Below are positions 11,061-20,312 of a stretch of DNA of 64,000 nt, piece after piece. The stretch is taken from assembly GCA_963664395.2 (NCBI GenBank), contig OY761159.2, positions 4,160,001 to 4,224,000 on the forward strand. Reading direction: 5' to 3'. The notes under the pieces were generated by a model that was not told where the DNA came from, searched no databases, and was given only the letters and a program-made list of their open reading frames with translations. The DNA comes from Candidatus Binatia bacterium. Lineage in GTDB: Bacteria > Desulfobacterota > Binatia > Bin18. Every line of letters begins with the position of its first letter. Position 1 is the first letter of the stretch. A program made the translations under genes and the position numbers.

Positions 11061-12248
11061 TTAGCGGCGCATAATTGCCAGGCTGCCGTCACCAAAATCT
11101 CCCCAGCCCGTGACCAGGCCGAGCTGGGCGTCTTTGACTTGACGCTCACCGGCTTCATGCCGGAGTTGATGGGTGGCTTCTACAACGTGGTTCATGCCCC
11201 ACACATGCGCCTCGGAATGCAGGCCACCATGGGTATTCAGGGGCAGTTCGCCATCAAGCGCAAACCGATTCCCTTGCGCGTAATCCCCAACCTCACCCCG
11301 TTTGCACAAGCCCAGCGCTTCCATCTGGAGCAGCACGACGTAGGTAAAGCAGTCGTATATTTCGGCAAAGTCGAGGTCTTTGAGATCGACGTCAGCCATG
11401 TGGAGCGCATTCGGCGTGGCAAAGCTGAGCCCGATCGTAAACGGGTCGGGCCGGGCGGGAATATCATCGGCCGGGTAGGGGTGGCCCTCGGCAATACCCG
11501 AAATATACACCGGGTCGTGTTTGAGATCGCGCGCCCGTTCCGGCGAGGTCACGACCACTGCGGCAGCCCCATCCGTTTCCAGACAACAGTCAAACAAGCG
11601 GAAGGGTTTGGAGACCCAGCGGGCGTTCAGATAGTCCTCCATCGTGAGCGGGCGGCCCTGCATATAGGCTTTATCGTTCAGTTGGGCATGTTTGCGTGAG
11701 GTGACGGCTACGGTGCCCATGGCCTCGTCCGGGGTGCCGTACATTGCTTTATGCCGGGTGGCGAGCCAAGCGTACCACTGTACCGGAACGTTGGCCCCAT
11801 AGGGCAGATAGTATTCGCCAATCGTATTGGCCAGTGCACCGGGGGCTCCGCCGCCGCCGCCGCCGTTGCCCTTGCTCTTATTGCCCATATCGCGCACGCG
11901 CATCGCGGAGTAGCCATTCCAGCCCAGCGGCACCAGGATGTTTTTCGCCACTCCACAGGCAACCGCCATGGCCGCGCTTTGGAGCGACGTGACCGGACTG
12001 GCCCCGCCCATGTGTACCGTGACCGCATAGCGCAGGTCTTCGACTCCAAGGTTGGCGGCAAAATGTTCGGCGGTTGACGGCAGCGGGGGAGGGATAATGC
12101 CGTCGATATCATGCGGACTCAGCCCCGCATCGCTCAGGGCGTTCATTGAGGCTTCGAGCATCAGCGCGAGATCGCTCTTGCCCGACCCTCTGGTATAAGC
12201 GGTCTCGCCCACGCCGACGATACAGGCTTGGTCCTTCAGCGCGTACAT
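11061..12248 (-). CDS. SCP-x/Ltp2-like thiolase-fold protein
   Basis: IVGVGET, DCCLETDGAAA, EIYDCFT, NTHGGLHSEAH; N-terminal catalytic Cys absent (HMGGAS). Confidence 0.88.
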   Translation of the reverse strand: MYALKDQACIVGVGETAYTRGSGKSDLALMLEASMNALSDAGLSPHDIDGIIPPPLPSTAEHFAANLGVEDLRYAVTVHMGGASPVTSLQSAAMAVACGVAKNILVPLGWNGYSAMRVRDMGNKSKGNGGGGGGAPGALANTIGEYYLPYGANVPVQWYAWLATRHKAMYGTPDEAMGTVAVTSRKHAQLNDKAYMQGRPLTMEDYLNARWVSKPFRLFDCCLETDGAAAVVVTSPERARDLKHDPVYISGIAEGHPYPADDIPARPDPFTIGLSFATPNALHMADVDLKDLDFAEIYDCFTYVVLLQMEALGLCKRGEVGDYAQGNRFALDGELPLNTHGGLHSEAHVWGMNHVVEATHQLRHEAGERQVKDAQLGLVTGWGDFGDGSLAIMRR

Positions 12249-12432
12249 AAGGTCCTCCTTGGTTTTCGGTGTGAATCGTATACGGAGAACGAGAGGATTG
12301 TAAAGGCGGAAGGGCGGAGCCTCTTCCGCACACCGGTTTTGACTCCTTTCGGGTTGCTTGGTAGGCTGTGCTCCGTAGAGAGTAATTCACTAAAAGTTTT
12401 GCCTCAAAGGCAGAATACATAGCTAGTATGAC

Positions 12433-13329
12433 ATGAAAATCCGAACACTCTTCGATGCTCACCCGCAGACTTTTTCGTTTGAATTTTTTCCTCCCAAGAC
12501 GTTGGAAGACGGAGCAGTGCTTTTTGATCGAGCCCGCGAACTCCAGCAGCTTGGAGCCAGTTTTTGCTCTGTGACCTACGGCGCTGGTGGCTCGACGCGC
12601 AAGCATACCATCGATCTGGTGTGTCGCTTCCAAGCCGAGCTAGGGCTTGTCGGCATGGCCCACCTCACCTGTGTGGGCCACACTCAAGCCGAACTCAGGG
12701 ACATCCTGTCTGAGCTGAAAGACCGTGGTGTCGAGAACCTCATGTGTCTGCGCGGTGACCCGCCCCGCGGCGAAACCAAGTTTACTCCTGCCCCGGACGG
12801 TTTTTCTCATGCCGCCGAGTTGGTTGCACTGGCTCGACACAGCGGGGACTTTTGCATTGGTGTGGCGGGCTATCCCGAAGCGCACCCGGAAAGTATTGAT
12901 GCGCACAGGGACTTGCAGTATCTCAAGGCAAAGCTGGACTGCGGGGCTGACTTTGTGACCACCCAGTTGTTTTTCGACGCACAAGACTACTTTGATTTTG
13001 TTGCGCGGGCGAGACAGCTTGGGATTCGGCAGCGCATCGTTCCCGGCATCATGCCTATTCTGAACTACCGTCAGATTGTGCGCTTCACCCGGATGTGTGG
13101 CGCGTCAATTCCGCTCGCGTTACGAGAACGCCTGGAGCCGGTGGCTGAGGATTCGGACGCTGCGTTTGAAATTGGTGTTGACTGGGCGTGGCAGCAATGT
13201 GAAGCCCTGCTTGCCGGCGGCGCGCCCGGCATTCACTTCTACACCATGAACCGCTCCCGAGCGACACAGCTTATTTTTGAGCGACTCCGCCACAGCAGTG
13301 TGGGTACGCTCCTGCCGCCCGCGGCGTAA
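12433..13329 (+). CDS. metF: 5,10-methylenetetrahydrofolate reductase
   Basis: SFEFFPPK, SVTYGAGG, AHLTC, LRGDPP, AGYPE, TQLFF, HFYTMN. Confidence 0.96.
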   Translation: MKIRTLFDAHPQTFSFEFFPPKTLEDGAVLFDRARELQQLGASFCSVTYGAGGSTRKHTIDLVCRFQAELGLVGMAHLTCVGHTQAELRDILSELKDRGVENLMCLRGDPPRGETKFTPAPDGFSHAAELVALARHSGDFCIGVAGYPEAHPESIDAHRDLQYLKAKLDCGADFVTTQLFFDAQDYFDFVARARQLGIRQRIVPGIMPILNYRQIVRFTRMCGASIPLALRERLEPVAEDSDAAFEIGVDWAWQQCEALLAGGAPGIHFYTMNRSRATQLIFERLRHSSVGTLLPPAA

Positions 13330-13378
13330 AGGGCATCCTTACCGGGAAGAGCGGCCGAATTTCATCAAGAGTTTTTCG

Positions 13379-13768
13379 TTACGCGGCGCTACGACTCTGG
13401 GAAAGGAGGTGGCCAATGACTTTCTTAATCCGATCTGATGAAAGGACCTTAGCAAGTGCGTCTTGAAAATTTTCCTCGTCTTTACAGCGATAGCGAAGAG
13501 AAGCTCCAGTGAACTCGGCTACTGTCACGGGATACATCTCCATCGGGTACTGCGCGCGAAGAACGGTGAAGACATAATTGTCCAGCGCCGGAGCCATAAT
13601 CGCGAGATGGGCAACGAATATCCCATCAGAACCCTTGAGAGATACTTGTCCGTCAAGGGTCCCTTTGGTCATTTGAGTCAGGAGTGACGCTTGCTCACGA
13701 AGGATAGTAGCTGGGGAACGGATATTTGCCGCCTCAGGGAGTTCGCCCCAAAGATTTTTAACTGCCAT
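13379..13768 (-). CDS. Hypothetical protein
   Basis: 129 aa with GAGGAG RBS; globular-looking, no function recognised. Confidence 0.7.
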   Translation of the reverse strand: MAVKNLWGELPEAANIRSPATILREQASLLTQMTKGTLDGQVSLKGSDGIFVAHLAIMAPALDNYVFTVLRAQYPMEMYPVTVAEFTGASLRYRCKDEENFQDALAKVLSSDRIKKVIGHLLSQSRSAA

Positions 13769-13849
13769 TTTCGATTCTCCTCAGTTGATGAGCTGTCTAT
13801 AGTAAGTCCCTGGGCGTCCCTTGGGAAGGTCTCCTGTTAAGTTGCCTCA

Positions 13850-13879
13850 TTGACGCTACGCTTTCGGGTGGGGTATGGT
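13850..13879 (+). promoter_or_regulatory. Putative sigma70 promoter for the 13915-17279 gene run
   Basis: TTGACG (13850-13855), 18-nt spacer, TATGGT (13874-13879). Confidence 0.4.
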
Positions 13880-13914
13880 CCGGCCCAAGGGGTTTTTCAG
13901 AAGAGGTTTTCCAT

Positions 13915-14274
13915 ATGGCCACACGACGGGCGATGCTGCTGCTGACCTATAACCTGGGTGAACACGTGAATCATGCGGAGTATGAGCAGTGGCTGCGTGA
14001 GGTGGATAATCCGTTTTTCAATAGCGTTCCGGGTGTGAAGCGCTACGCCAATTGGAAAGTATTGGATGAAAAACTGGGGACGGTGCAGTTTACGCACTAC
14101 GATCTGCTTGAGATAGACGATCTAAATGCCTGGGAGAAAGTCTGGGGGAATGAGGAACTCCAGAAATTTGCCCAAGGCTGGACGCAGCGCTGGTCCGTAC
14201 ACGGACCTGATGAAAAATATGCCGGTCTGAATTTTCAGGTCATGCTGTGCGAGGAAATTGCCGCGCCCGATTAA
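13915..14274 (+). CDS. Dimeric alpha-beta barrel protein (EthD/HapK-like)
   Basis: YNL...EYEQWLREVDNPFFNSVPGV pattern typical of DABB proteins. Confidence 0.6.
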   Translation: MATRRAMLLLTYNLGEHVNHAEYEQWLREVDNPFFNSVPGVKRYANWKVLDEKLGTVQFTHYDLLEIDDLNAWEKVWGNEELQKFAQGWTQRWSVHGPDEKYAGLNFQVMLCEEIAAPD

Positions 14275-14300
14275 AAAAGACACTCCGCGGAACTGGGACT

Positions 14301-15347
14301 ATGGCGCAAGCAGCTAAACAATTACACGAAGTTGAGACCTTTCTCGCTGGCTTGTCTCGGTACGATGTCGGGCCGTTATGGGAGGTGCTCGGCAAACAAC
14401 TCACGCCCACGCCGGAAACGTCGGTCAGACCCCATCTGTGGCGTTGGACAGACCTGCGTCCCCAACTCCTTCGGTCCGGGGAGCTGGTCTCCGCTGCCAA
14501 AGCTGAACGGCGGGTGCTCATGCTGCTCAATCCAGGGCTCGAAGGTCGGGTTGCCACAACCCACACGCTGTACGCCGGGATTCAGCTCATCCTGCCCGGT
14601 GAAGTCGCGCGAACCCACCGACACACGCCCAACGCGCTTCGTTTCATCATGGAAGGACAGGGGGCCTATACGGTCGTCGATGGTGAAAAACTGCCTATGC
14701 AGCCGGGGGATTTTGTCTTAACGCCAAACTGGACGTGGCATGAGCATGGCAGTGAAGGCACGGACCCCGTGGTGTGGCTCGACGGACTGGATTTGCCCTT
14801 GGCCGGTATGCTGGCCGGAACATTTTTTGAATCTGGCCAGACTGAATCGCAGGCCGTGACCAAGCCGGTAGATAACTCAACGCGCGGCTATAAACACGGC
14901 GGGCTGCTGCCAACTTGGCAACGCCCGGCCGGCGGGCAGTCGCCTTTACTCAAATATGCCTGGAGCGAGGCGCGCCCCGCGCTGATGGACCTGGGTACGG
15001 ACGCGGACAGTCCGTTTGACGGCACCATGCTGGAATATGTGAATCCGGTGACGGGCGGTCCGTCGCTCGCGACCATGGCCAGCTTTCTGCAGCGCCTCCG
15101 ACCCGGACAGAAAACGCAGGCGCGCCGGCAAAGCGTGAGCAAGGTGTATCTCGCGGTTGAGGGAACCGGGCAGACCGTACTCGACGGCAGGACATTTGAA
15201 TGGCGGCCGGGTGACGTGTTTGCCGTCCCAACCTGGACCAGCCATGCGCATGAGAATACATCGGCGTCCGAAGATGCGATTCTCTTCTCTTTTTCTGATG
15301 CTCCGGTCATGAAAGCACTCGGCTGGTATAGAGAACAGGAGCTGTAG
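14301..15347 (+). CDS. Gentisate 1,2-dioxygenase-family bicupin
   Basis: ERRVLMLLNPG, ARTHRHTPNALRF, TPNWTWHEHG, WLDGLDLP, YVNPVTGG; start set at the ATG at 14301. Confidence 0.85.
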   Translation: MAQAAKQLHEVETFLAGLSRYDVGPLWEVLGKQLTPTPETSVRPHLWRWTDLRPQLLRSGELVSAAKAERRVLMLLNPGLEGRVATTHTLYAGIQLILPGEVARTHRHTPNALRFIMEGQGAYTVVDGEKLPMQPGDFVLTPNWTWHEHGSEGTDPVVWLDGLDLPLAGMLAGTFFESGQTESQAVTKPVDNSTRGYKHGGLLPTWQRPAGGQSPLLKYAWSEARPALMDLGTDADSPFDGTMLEYVNPVTGGPSLATMASFLQRLRPGQKTQARRQSVSKVYLAVEGTGQTVLDGRTFEWRPGDVFAVPTWTSHAHENTSASEDAILFSFSDAPVMKALGWYREQEL

Positions 15348-15356
15348 GAGAGGGCT

Positions 15357-16394
15357 ATGCTCCAGACCATGATCGTCGGGAGTTTACCCCGTCCCACCTG
15401 GCTCGTTCCACCCAGCGCCATGTATGTCTCGTGGAAGCTGAAAGACGATACGCTGCGTGAAGGCCAAGACGACGCGGTTCTGCTCGCGCTTGCTGACCAG
15501 GAAGCCGCGGGTCTCAATATCGTGACCGACGGCGAACAGCGCCGCCGGCATTATATCTGGGGATTTGTTGAGGGGCTGACCGGTTTGGACTTCAGCCGTT
15601 TGGTTGAGATTGAAACGCGGGGGAATCGCTACGGCATCAAAGTCCGGGCCGCCCGGGTGGTTGAGCAGTTGCGTCGTCCCCGGTCGGTGTTGGTTGACGC
15701 GCTCCGTTTTATGAAACAGCACACGACGAAGCCGGTCAAAGTCACCTTGCCCGGTCCGATGACCATCGCGGATACGGTTGCGGATGAGTATTATAGGGAC
15801 CGCCGAACGCTGGCCTCTGAACTCGCGCAGCTTGTGAATGAAGAAGCGTGTGAGCTGGCAGAGAACGGGTGTGATATCGTGCAGTTCGACGAGCCGTGTT
15901 TCAATATTTATCTCGATGCGGTGGAAGAGTGGGGCATCAAGACGCTTGAACAGTGCGCTCGGGGGGTACCGGCCAAAACCGCGGTCCATATCTGTTATGG
16001 ATACGGCATCCCGGCGGTAGTCGAGTGGAAAAGTCAGAACACGGACTGGGGCCATTATGCGCGGACGTTGCCGCTGTTGCGGACGAGCGGGATTGATATG
16101 ATCTCGGTCGAGTGTGCAGCCTCCGGAGTGGACCCGGCAGTATTAGCCGAGGCCAAGGGAAAAGATTTGATGGTCGGTGTCATCGACGTTGGCACCGAAG
16201 AGGTGGAAGCTCGTGAGACGGTCGCGGCGCGTATCCGTACGGCGTTGCAGTATGTTGCGCCTGAACATCTGTACCCCTGTACGGACTGTGGGATGATCCC
16301 GCGGTCGCGCGCAGCTGCGCGGGGAAAGATGCAGGCACTTGCCGACGGAGCCTGGCTGGTCCGAGCAGAATTGCAGCAGGGGAGTCCTGGCTAG
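15357..16394 (+). CDS. Cobalamin-independent 'core' methionine synthase, MesD-like
   Basis: Single-barrel MetE catalytic domain: GSLPRP, DGEQRR, LPGPMT, QFDEP, Zn ligands VHICYGY and PCTDCG. Confidence 0.85.
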   Translation: MLQTMIVGSLPRPTWLVPPSAMYVSWKLKDDTLREGQDDAVLLALADQEAAGLNIVTDGEQRRRHYIWGFVEGLTGLDFSRLVEIETRGNRYGIKVRAARVVEQLRRPRSVLVDALRFMKQHTTKPVKVTLPGPMTIADTVADEYYRDRRTLASELAQLVNEEACELAENGCDIVQFDEPCFNIYLDAVEEWGIKTLEQCARGVPAKTAVHICYGYGIPAVVEWKSQNTDWGHYARTLPLLRTSGIDMISVECAASGVDPAVLAEAKGKDLMVGVIDVGTEEVEARETVAARIRTALQYVAPEHLYPCTDCGMIPRSRAAARGKMQALADGAWLVRAELQQGSPG

Positions 16395-16406
16395 GCGGAG
16401 AACTGT

Positions 16407-16520
16407 ATGGGCGCGTTATACGAGTTCTTTTCAGACAGTCCCATTCTTATTGGCGCGACCCTTGGCGTGATCATCGCCGTTATCGTTATCGCCGTTTCAG
16501 AAGGGAAGAAAGACGCGTAG
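16407..16520 (+). CDS. Small single-TM membrane protein (37 aa, not in ORF track)
   Basis: GGAG RBS, then MGALYEFFSDSPILIGATLGVIIAVIVIAVSEGKKDA*; fills the gap between two co-oriented genes. Confidence 0.65.
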   Translation: MGALYEFFSDSPILIGATLGVIIAVIVIAVSEGKKDA

Positions 16521-16532
16521 TGCTTGCACGCC

Positions 16533-16763
16533 ATGGCTCATATTCCAAAAGAAGAATTTGTCGCCCGTGTGGCAAAAGGGCTGGATATGCCGCCCGCGCT
16601 GATCGACGCAATGACGGACCCCTGCACCTGCGGCTCGGTAAAATGTGAGGGCTGGAAGGTCACGCGCATGCCTGGACTCGACGAAATCGAGCAGTACGGG
16701 CTGGAGCAACGCTTTGCCATGTCCGGCTGGCGCACGGCGTTGACCGCTATTATTGAAGACTAA
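16533..16763 (+). CDS. Small hypothetical protein with CTCGSVKC motif
   Basis: 76 aa from ATG 16533; Cys cluster may bind metal. Confidence 0.6.
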   Translation: MAHIPKEEFVARVAKGLDMPPALIDAMTDPCTCGSVKCEGWKVTRMPGLDEIEQYGLEQRFAMSGWRTALTAIIED

Positions 16764-16778
16764 GCGGCAGAGCACGGT

Positions 16779-17279
16779 ATGAGCGAACAGGACGACTTCA
16801 TCAAACTGGCAGTCGATCCCTCTGACGAGGCAGACCTCCCAGACCTCAAGGACCCCTACGAACGCTTTATTTGGGAGAACCGGCAGAAGTTCGGAGCGTT
16901 AAGCTGGAGTGGGTTGTTGCGCTACGGTCGTGGCATTGTTCTCATGGACGCGCGGCAGTGGCCAAGTGAAGATGCCCAAGACGTACATGATGCTGCGAAT
17001 GAAACTGCGCGGAGAGAAGCCCCGCTCGGCTATCTGCCCGAGGGGCGGATTGCAGCGCTGTCACAAACCGCACAAAAAAAAGATGCCGTGCGCATGCTGC
17101 GGAGGTATAATCCGCGTGAAGAGATTATTGTGAATGTCTTGCGAGCGGACGGAGGCGGGAGTTTCTTTCAGGTGGCGCTCAAAGACTGTCCGCCTCCCGA
17201 GGCATACCGAAAAATCATGGGTCGGGAAGACTTCCAGCCCAAGTGGAAAGAACAGGATCGTAAGTTCCGGGGCGTTTGA
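16779..17279 (+). CDS. Hypothetical protein
   Basis: 166-aa ORF, last gene of the co-oriented run. Confidence 0.7.
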   Translation: MSEQDDFIKLAVDPSDEADLPDLKDPYERFIWENRQKFGALSWSGLLRYGRGIVLMDARQWPSEDAQDVHDAANETARREAPLGYLPEGRIAALSQTAQKKDAVRMLRRYNPREEIIVNVLRADGGGSFFQVALKDCPPPEAYRKIMGREDFQPKWKEQDRKFRGV

Positions 17280-17301
17280 CCTATTTGACCTATTTGACCT
17301 A
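17275..17301. repeat. 9-bp tandem repeat TTTGACCTA x3
   Basis: Exact copies at 17275, 17284, 17293; the first contains the TGA stop of 16779-17279. Confidence 0.9.
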
Positions 17302-17352
17302 TCGGTGGCAACGCGGCCTCGTTCGTCCTGAGCCCGCGTGATGAGCTTGGAG

Positions 17353-17369
17353 GAGGGGCAGTGCCCCTC
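17353..17369. terminator. Hairpin between convergent genes
   Basis: GAGGGGC-AGT-GCCCCTC; no clear U tract. Confidence 0.35.
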
Positions 17370-17375
17370 TAGGGA

Positions 17376-17927
17376 TTAATCAAGGCCGAGTTTTTCTTTG
17401 CCTTCAGGTGAAATCATGGCCGGCGTCCAGGGTGGGTCCCACACGACTTCGACATTCGCGTCTTCAACACCAGGGATACCTTCGATCCGCGTCTGGGCAT
17501 CCATAGCAATGGCAGGTCCCATGCCACAGCCCTGGGCGGTGAGGGTCATTTTGACATCAACGTTGGTCCCACCTTCCGGCCGGTCGTTCACCGCGAGATC
17601 ATACACCAAGCCGAGATCAACGATATTAACCGGGATTTCCGGGTCGTACACACTCTTGAGTTGAGCCCAGATTTGATCCTCAGTGATCTGGCCGCCTGCA
17701 CTGGGAGCTGCTTCCGGGGCAGGCCCCTTACTTTCTTTGCCAATAGCGTCTGCGTCCTGATCGGATACGCGATACAGCCCACCCAGCGTTGGAAGCTGGA
17801 GGGTATACGTATCGCCTAAGGCTTGGGTGATTACTCCAGGCGTGCCTTTGGGAATCGTGACCTTGACGCCTTGTGGAATTTGGACGGCATCACAATGTCG
17901 GCTGAATTCAATTTCTTCGTGGCTCAT
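17376..17927 (-). CDS. sufT: Fe-S cluster assembly protein SufT (DUF59/PaaD-like)
   Basis: ITQALGDTYT N-domain; VYDPEIPVNIVDLGLVY, MTLTAQGCGMG, VWDPPW. Confidence 0.9.
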   Translation of the reverse strand: MSHEEIEFSRHCDAVQIPQGVKVTIPKGTPGVITQALGDTYTLQLPTLGGLYRVSDQDADAIGKESKGPAPEAAPSAGGQITEDQIWAQLKSVYDPEIPVNIVDLGLVYDLAVNDRPEGGTNVDVKMTLTAQGCGMGPAIAMDAQTRIEGIPGVEDANVEVVWDPPWTPAMISPEGKEKLGLD

Positions 17928-17958
17928 GTTATGACTCCTTAGCAACGGTGATGAAAGA

Positions 17959-18219
17959 CTAGGAAGCGGGCTTACTCCGTTCCAGGAGCGCACGGATACC
18001 AGCGCCCATTTCTTCTAGCGCTTTCCCTTGTTGATCGATTTGTTTGTCTCGTCGTGCACCAGTCTGCCCCATGCGCCACAGGCCCCAAGCGATCAGGCCA
18101 CATTGCCCTAACCCCACTAAGGCGGAAACAATGGCTCCTGCGACATCGGTCCAGGTTGGTTGATTCGAGGCCTGGAGAGCCAGGACTGCTTGCCGAGCAA
18201 GTATTTCGTATTCTGTCAC
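17959..18219 (-). CDS. Small membrane protein (1 TM + short coiled coil)
   Basis: AAGGAG RBS, GTG start, hydrophobic segment then amphipathic tail. Confidence 0.65.
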   Translation of the reverse strand: MTEYEILARQAVLALQASNQPTWTDVAGAIVSALVGLGQCGLIAWGLWRMGQTGARRDKQIDQQGKALEEMGAGIRALLERSKPAS

Positions 18220-18349
18220 CCCTGATTCTCCTTCAGCTTTCTAATTCGTAGCATAGGGTGCAGCGGGAGGACAAGAGACGCGCTTCAATTCAGGAATATA
18301 ATCAGGACAAAGAGGAGCAGAAAAAAGAACATCCAGGCAAAACCCCTCT

Positions 18350-19297
18350 TCAGGGTTTGTCAATCCAGTCTTTGATTTGCTGCCGGACATCTTCCGGGCG
18401 GTCTTCAAAGATGTAGTGTCCACTCCGTGTGACCACTTGTAAGTCTGCATTTGGAATTGCCGCATCAAGCTCGCGGGCAACGTCCATGGAGGTAAATTGA
18501 TCCTGGCCACCCCAGAGGAGCAGGGTTGGCATGGTGAGGGCACCGAGGTTGGGAAGAATGTCCTCTTCAAGGATGCGGGAGAGGTCAAACTCGCGCAGAA
18601 ATTTACGGAGAGCCGCGCGGGCTCCGGGATCATCTTCGAATGGCTCAAGATACTGTTTGAGCATGGCGTCACTCATGACTTGCTTGTCAAATACTCCCTC
18701 CTGAAGGATGCGCTTGAGAAACCAGTCTCCGCTCAGCATCGTGCCAATCAGAGGTATCCCGAGCAGGCGGATGTTAAGAGGCAGACTTTCATGCGCCGAG
18801 ATTGGAGCGCTCATAAGAATCAGTTTATGGACGTTGTCGGGATTCTGAATGGCATAGGCTGCCGCGATGACAGCCCCGAAGTCATGGGCAGCAAGAATGA
18901 TATTTTCCAAGTGGAAATTCTCAATATACGTAGTGAGTTGCGCAAGATAGGTGTCCAGCTCATAGGTTTTATCTTGAGGTTTCTCAGATAGACCAAAGCC
19001 CATTAAGTCCAGTTCATAGACGGTATTGCCATAGGTCAGGCCTGGGGTCACATGCCGCCAGATACGGTAATCTTCGAGCAGGCCGTGGATAAAAATAAGC
19101 GGACGGCCAAGACCGGTTTGCTGGTAATGCAGCGCGACACCATCAATTTCCATATACGTATGATTTGGATTTTCTGCTTGAAGCTCCTCTCCTGTCAGAC
19201 TCGGCGCCGAACTTCCACAGCAGGTAAAGATGAGGGCGACCGCCAAGAGCACGCCTCTGCCCAGACGTGATCGTTGCCCGTTTCGAAGTCCGTCCAT
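18350..19297 (-). CDS. Alpha/beta hydrolase (epoxide hydrolase/dehalogenase-like), probable lipoprotein
   Basis: FIHGLL, DLMGFGLS, AHDFGA (Asp nucleophile), SGHY; N-terminal hydrophobic stretch ending in Cys. Confidence 0.85.
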   Translation of the reverse strand: MDGLRNGQRSRLGRGVLLAVALIFTCCGSSAPSLTGEELQAENPNHTYMEIDGVALHYQQTGLGRPLIFIHGLLEDYRIWRHVTPGLTYGNTVYELDLMGFGLSEKPQDKTYELDTYLAQLTTYIENFHLENIILAAHDFGAVIAAAYAIQNPDNVHKLILMSAPISAHESLPLNIRLLGIPLIGTMLSGDWFLKRILQEGVFDKQVMSDAMLKQYLEPFEDDPGARAALRKFLREFDLSRILEEDILPNLGALTMPTLLLWGGQDQFTSMDVARELDAAIPNADLQVVTRSGHYIFEDRPEDVRQQIKDWIDKP

Positions 19298-19504
19298 AAA
19301 CTGCTTGCTCCTTATCGTGTCACCCTGAGAAGATTGCGGTGTTCCATTTGACACATGGCGAGCAGGCGCGCACAATGCGCCTGCATTATTCACCTCGTGC
19401 GGCTCATATCCGGCGGGTCACTCTAGCCGTGCTGAGGCGTTCCGACAAGGGGACACGGGAGAATACGAACAAAAATCAAGCAGCATAGGGTAAGGAGGCG
19501 GTTC

Positions 19505-20176
19505 ATGGCAGAAGCTGAATTATTTGACATTATGTTCTCTACCCGGAGCATGCGCCGGCTGAAAACCGATCCAGTCTCAGATGATAATATTTATCAGATC
19601 CTCGATGCTGGTATTCGTGCCCCGAGTGGTGGCAATACCCAGCACTGGCGCTTTCTCGTTGTGAAGGATGCAGAGGTCAAACGTGAAGTCCAACGTATCT
19701 ACCAAAAAGGCTGGGAACAAGCGCGGACCATCTATGATGACCGGCCGGGGCCGAGTCATATGGAAGAAGGAAAATTCAGAAAATTATTGGACGCGGCGAC
19801 CTATTTAGCCGAAAATCTGGCTGAAGTGCCTGTCCTTATTTTCGCCTGTCTCAAAGAACGGCCTATGCCGCCGGGTGAGGCGGGTGCGCAGTTAGCAGCC
19901 AAGCTGGCGCGTCTGTCAGGGTCAAGCATCTATCCTGCGGTACAGAATATGTTGCTGGCCTGTCGTGCCTTGGGGCTTGGAGCTACGCTGACCACTGTCT
20001 GTTCGCTGCACGAGGAAGAACTGAAACCTATCCTCAATCTGCCGGATAACATCTCGACCTATGCGCTCATCCCGGTCGGCTACCCCATGGGACAATTCGG
20101 CCCGGTGCGCCGGATGGCGGTTGAAGAAATTACCTGCGTGGATCAGTGGAACACGCCGTTGAAACGACCTGCCTAG
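19505..20176 (+). CDS. Nitroreductase family protein
   Basis: RSMRR, APSGGNTQHWRF, QNMLLACRALGLG, IPVGYP. Confidence 0.92.
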   Translation: MAEAELFDIMFSTRSMRRLKTDPVSDDNIYQILDAGIRAPSGGNTQHWRFLVVKDAEVKREVQRIYQKGWEQARTIYDDRPGPSHMEEGKFRKLLDAATYLAENLAEVPVLIFACLKERPMPPGEAGAQLAAKLARLSGSSIYPAVQNMLLACRALGLGATLTTVCSLHEEELKPILNLPDNISTYALIPVGYPMGQFGPVRRMAVEEITCVDQWNTPLKRPA

Positions 20177-20194
20177 AACGATGGCAATTATGCT

Positions 20195-20230
20195 CCCTCT
20201 CCCCTGGAGGGAGAGGGCTGGGGTGAGGGG
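20195..20230. repeat. REP-like palindrome (CCCTCTCCC...GGGAGAGGG type)
   Basis: 9-bp perfect stem followed by CTGGGGTGAGGGG; degenerate relatives at 29623-29639 and 43036-43055. Confidence 0.7.
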
Positions 20231-20282
20231 GTTCTGCGCAACAGCGGTGTCCGTCCGTCGTACCGCACTGCCTCACGGCGCT

Positions 20283-20312
20283 GTCGGATGACGCTCCGCT
20301 CATCCGCCCTCC
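20283..20312 (-). repeat. REP-like element (GTAG-type, degenerate)
   Basis: Minus strand GGAGGGCGGATGAGCGGAGCGTCATCCGAC: CGGATGA/TCATCCG stem preceded by a GTAG-like tetramer. Confidence 0.55.

Noticed and set aside
11846-11866. GCC repeat as a phase-variation tract
   Set aside because: In-frame triplets encoding a poly-Gly loop; length change would not shift the frame.
12249-12432. SAM or SAH riboswitch upstream of metF
   Set aside because: Only a GCGGAAG/CTTCCGC hairpin is visible; I could not find SAM-I or SAH consensus elements.
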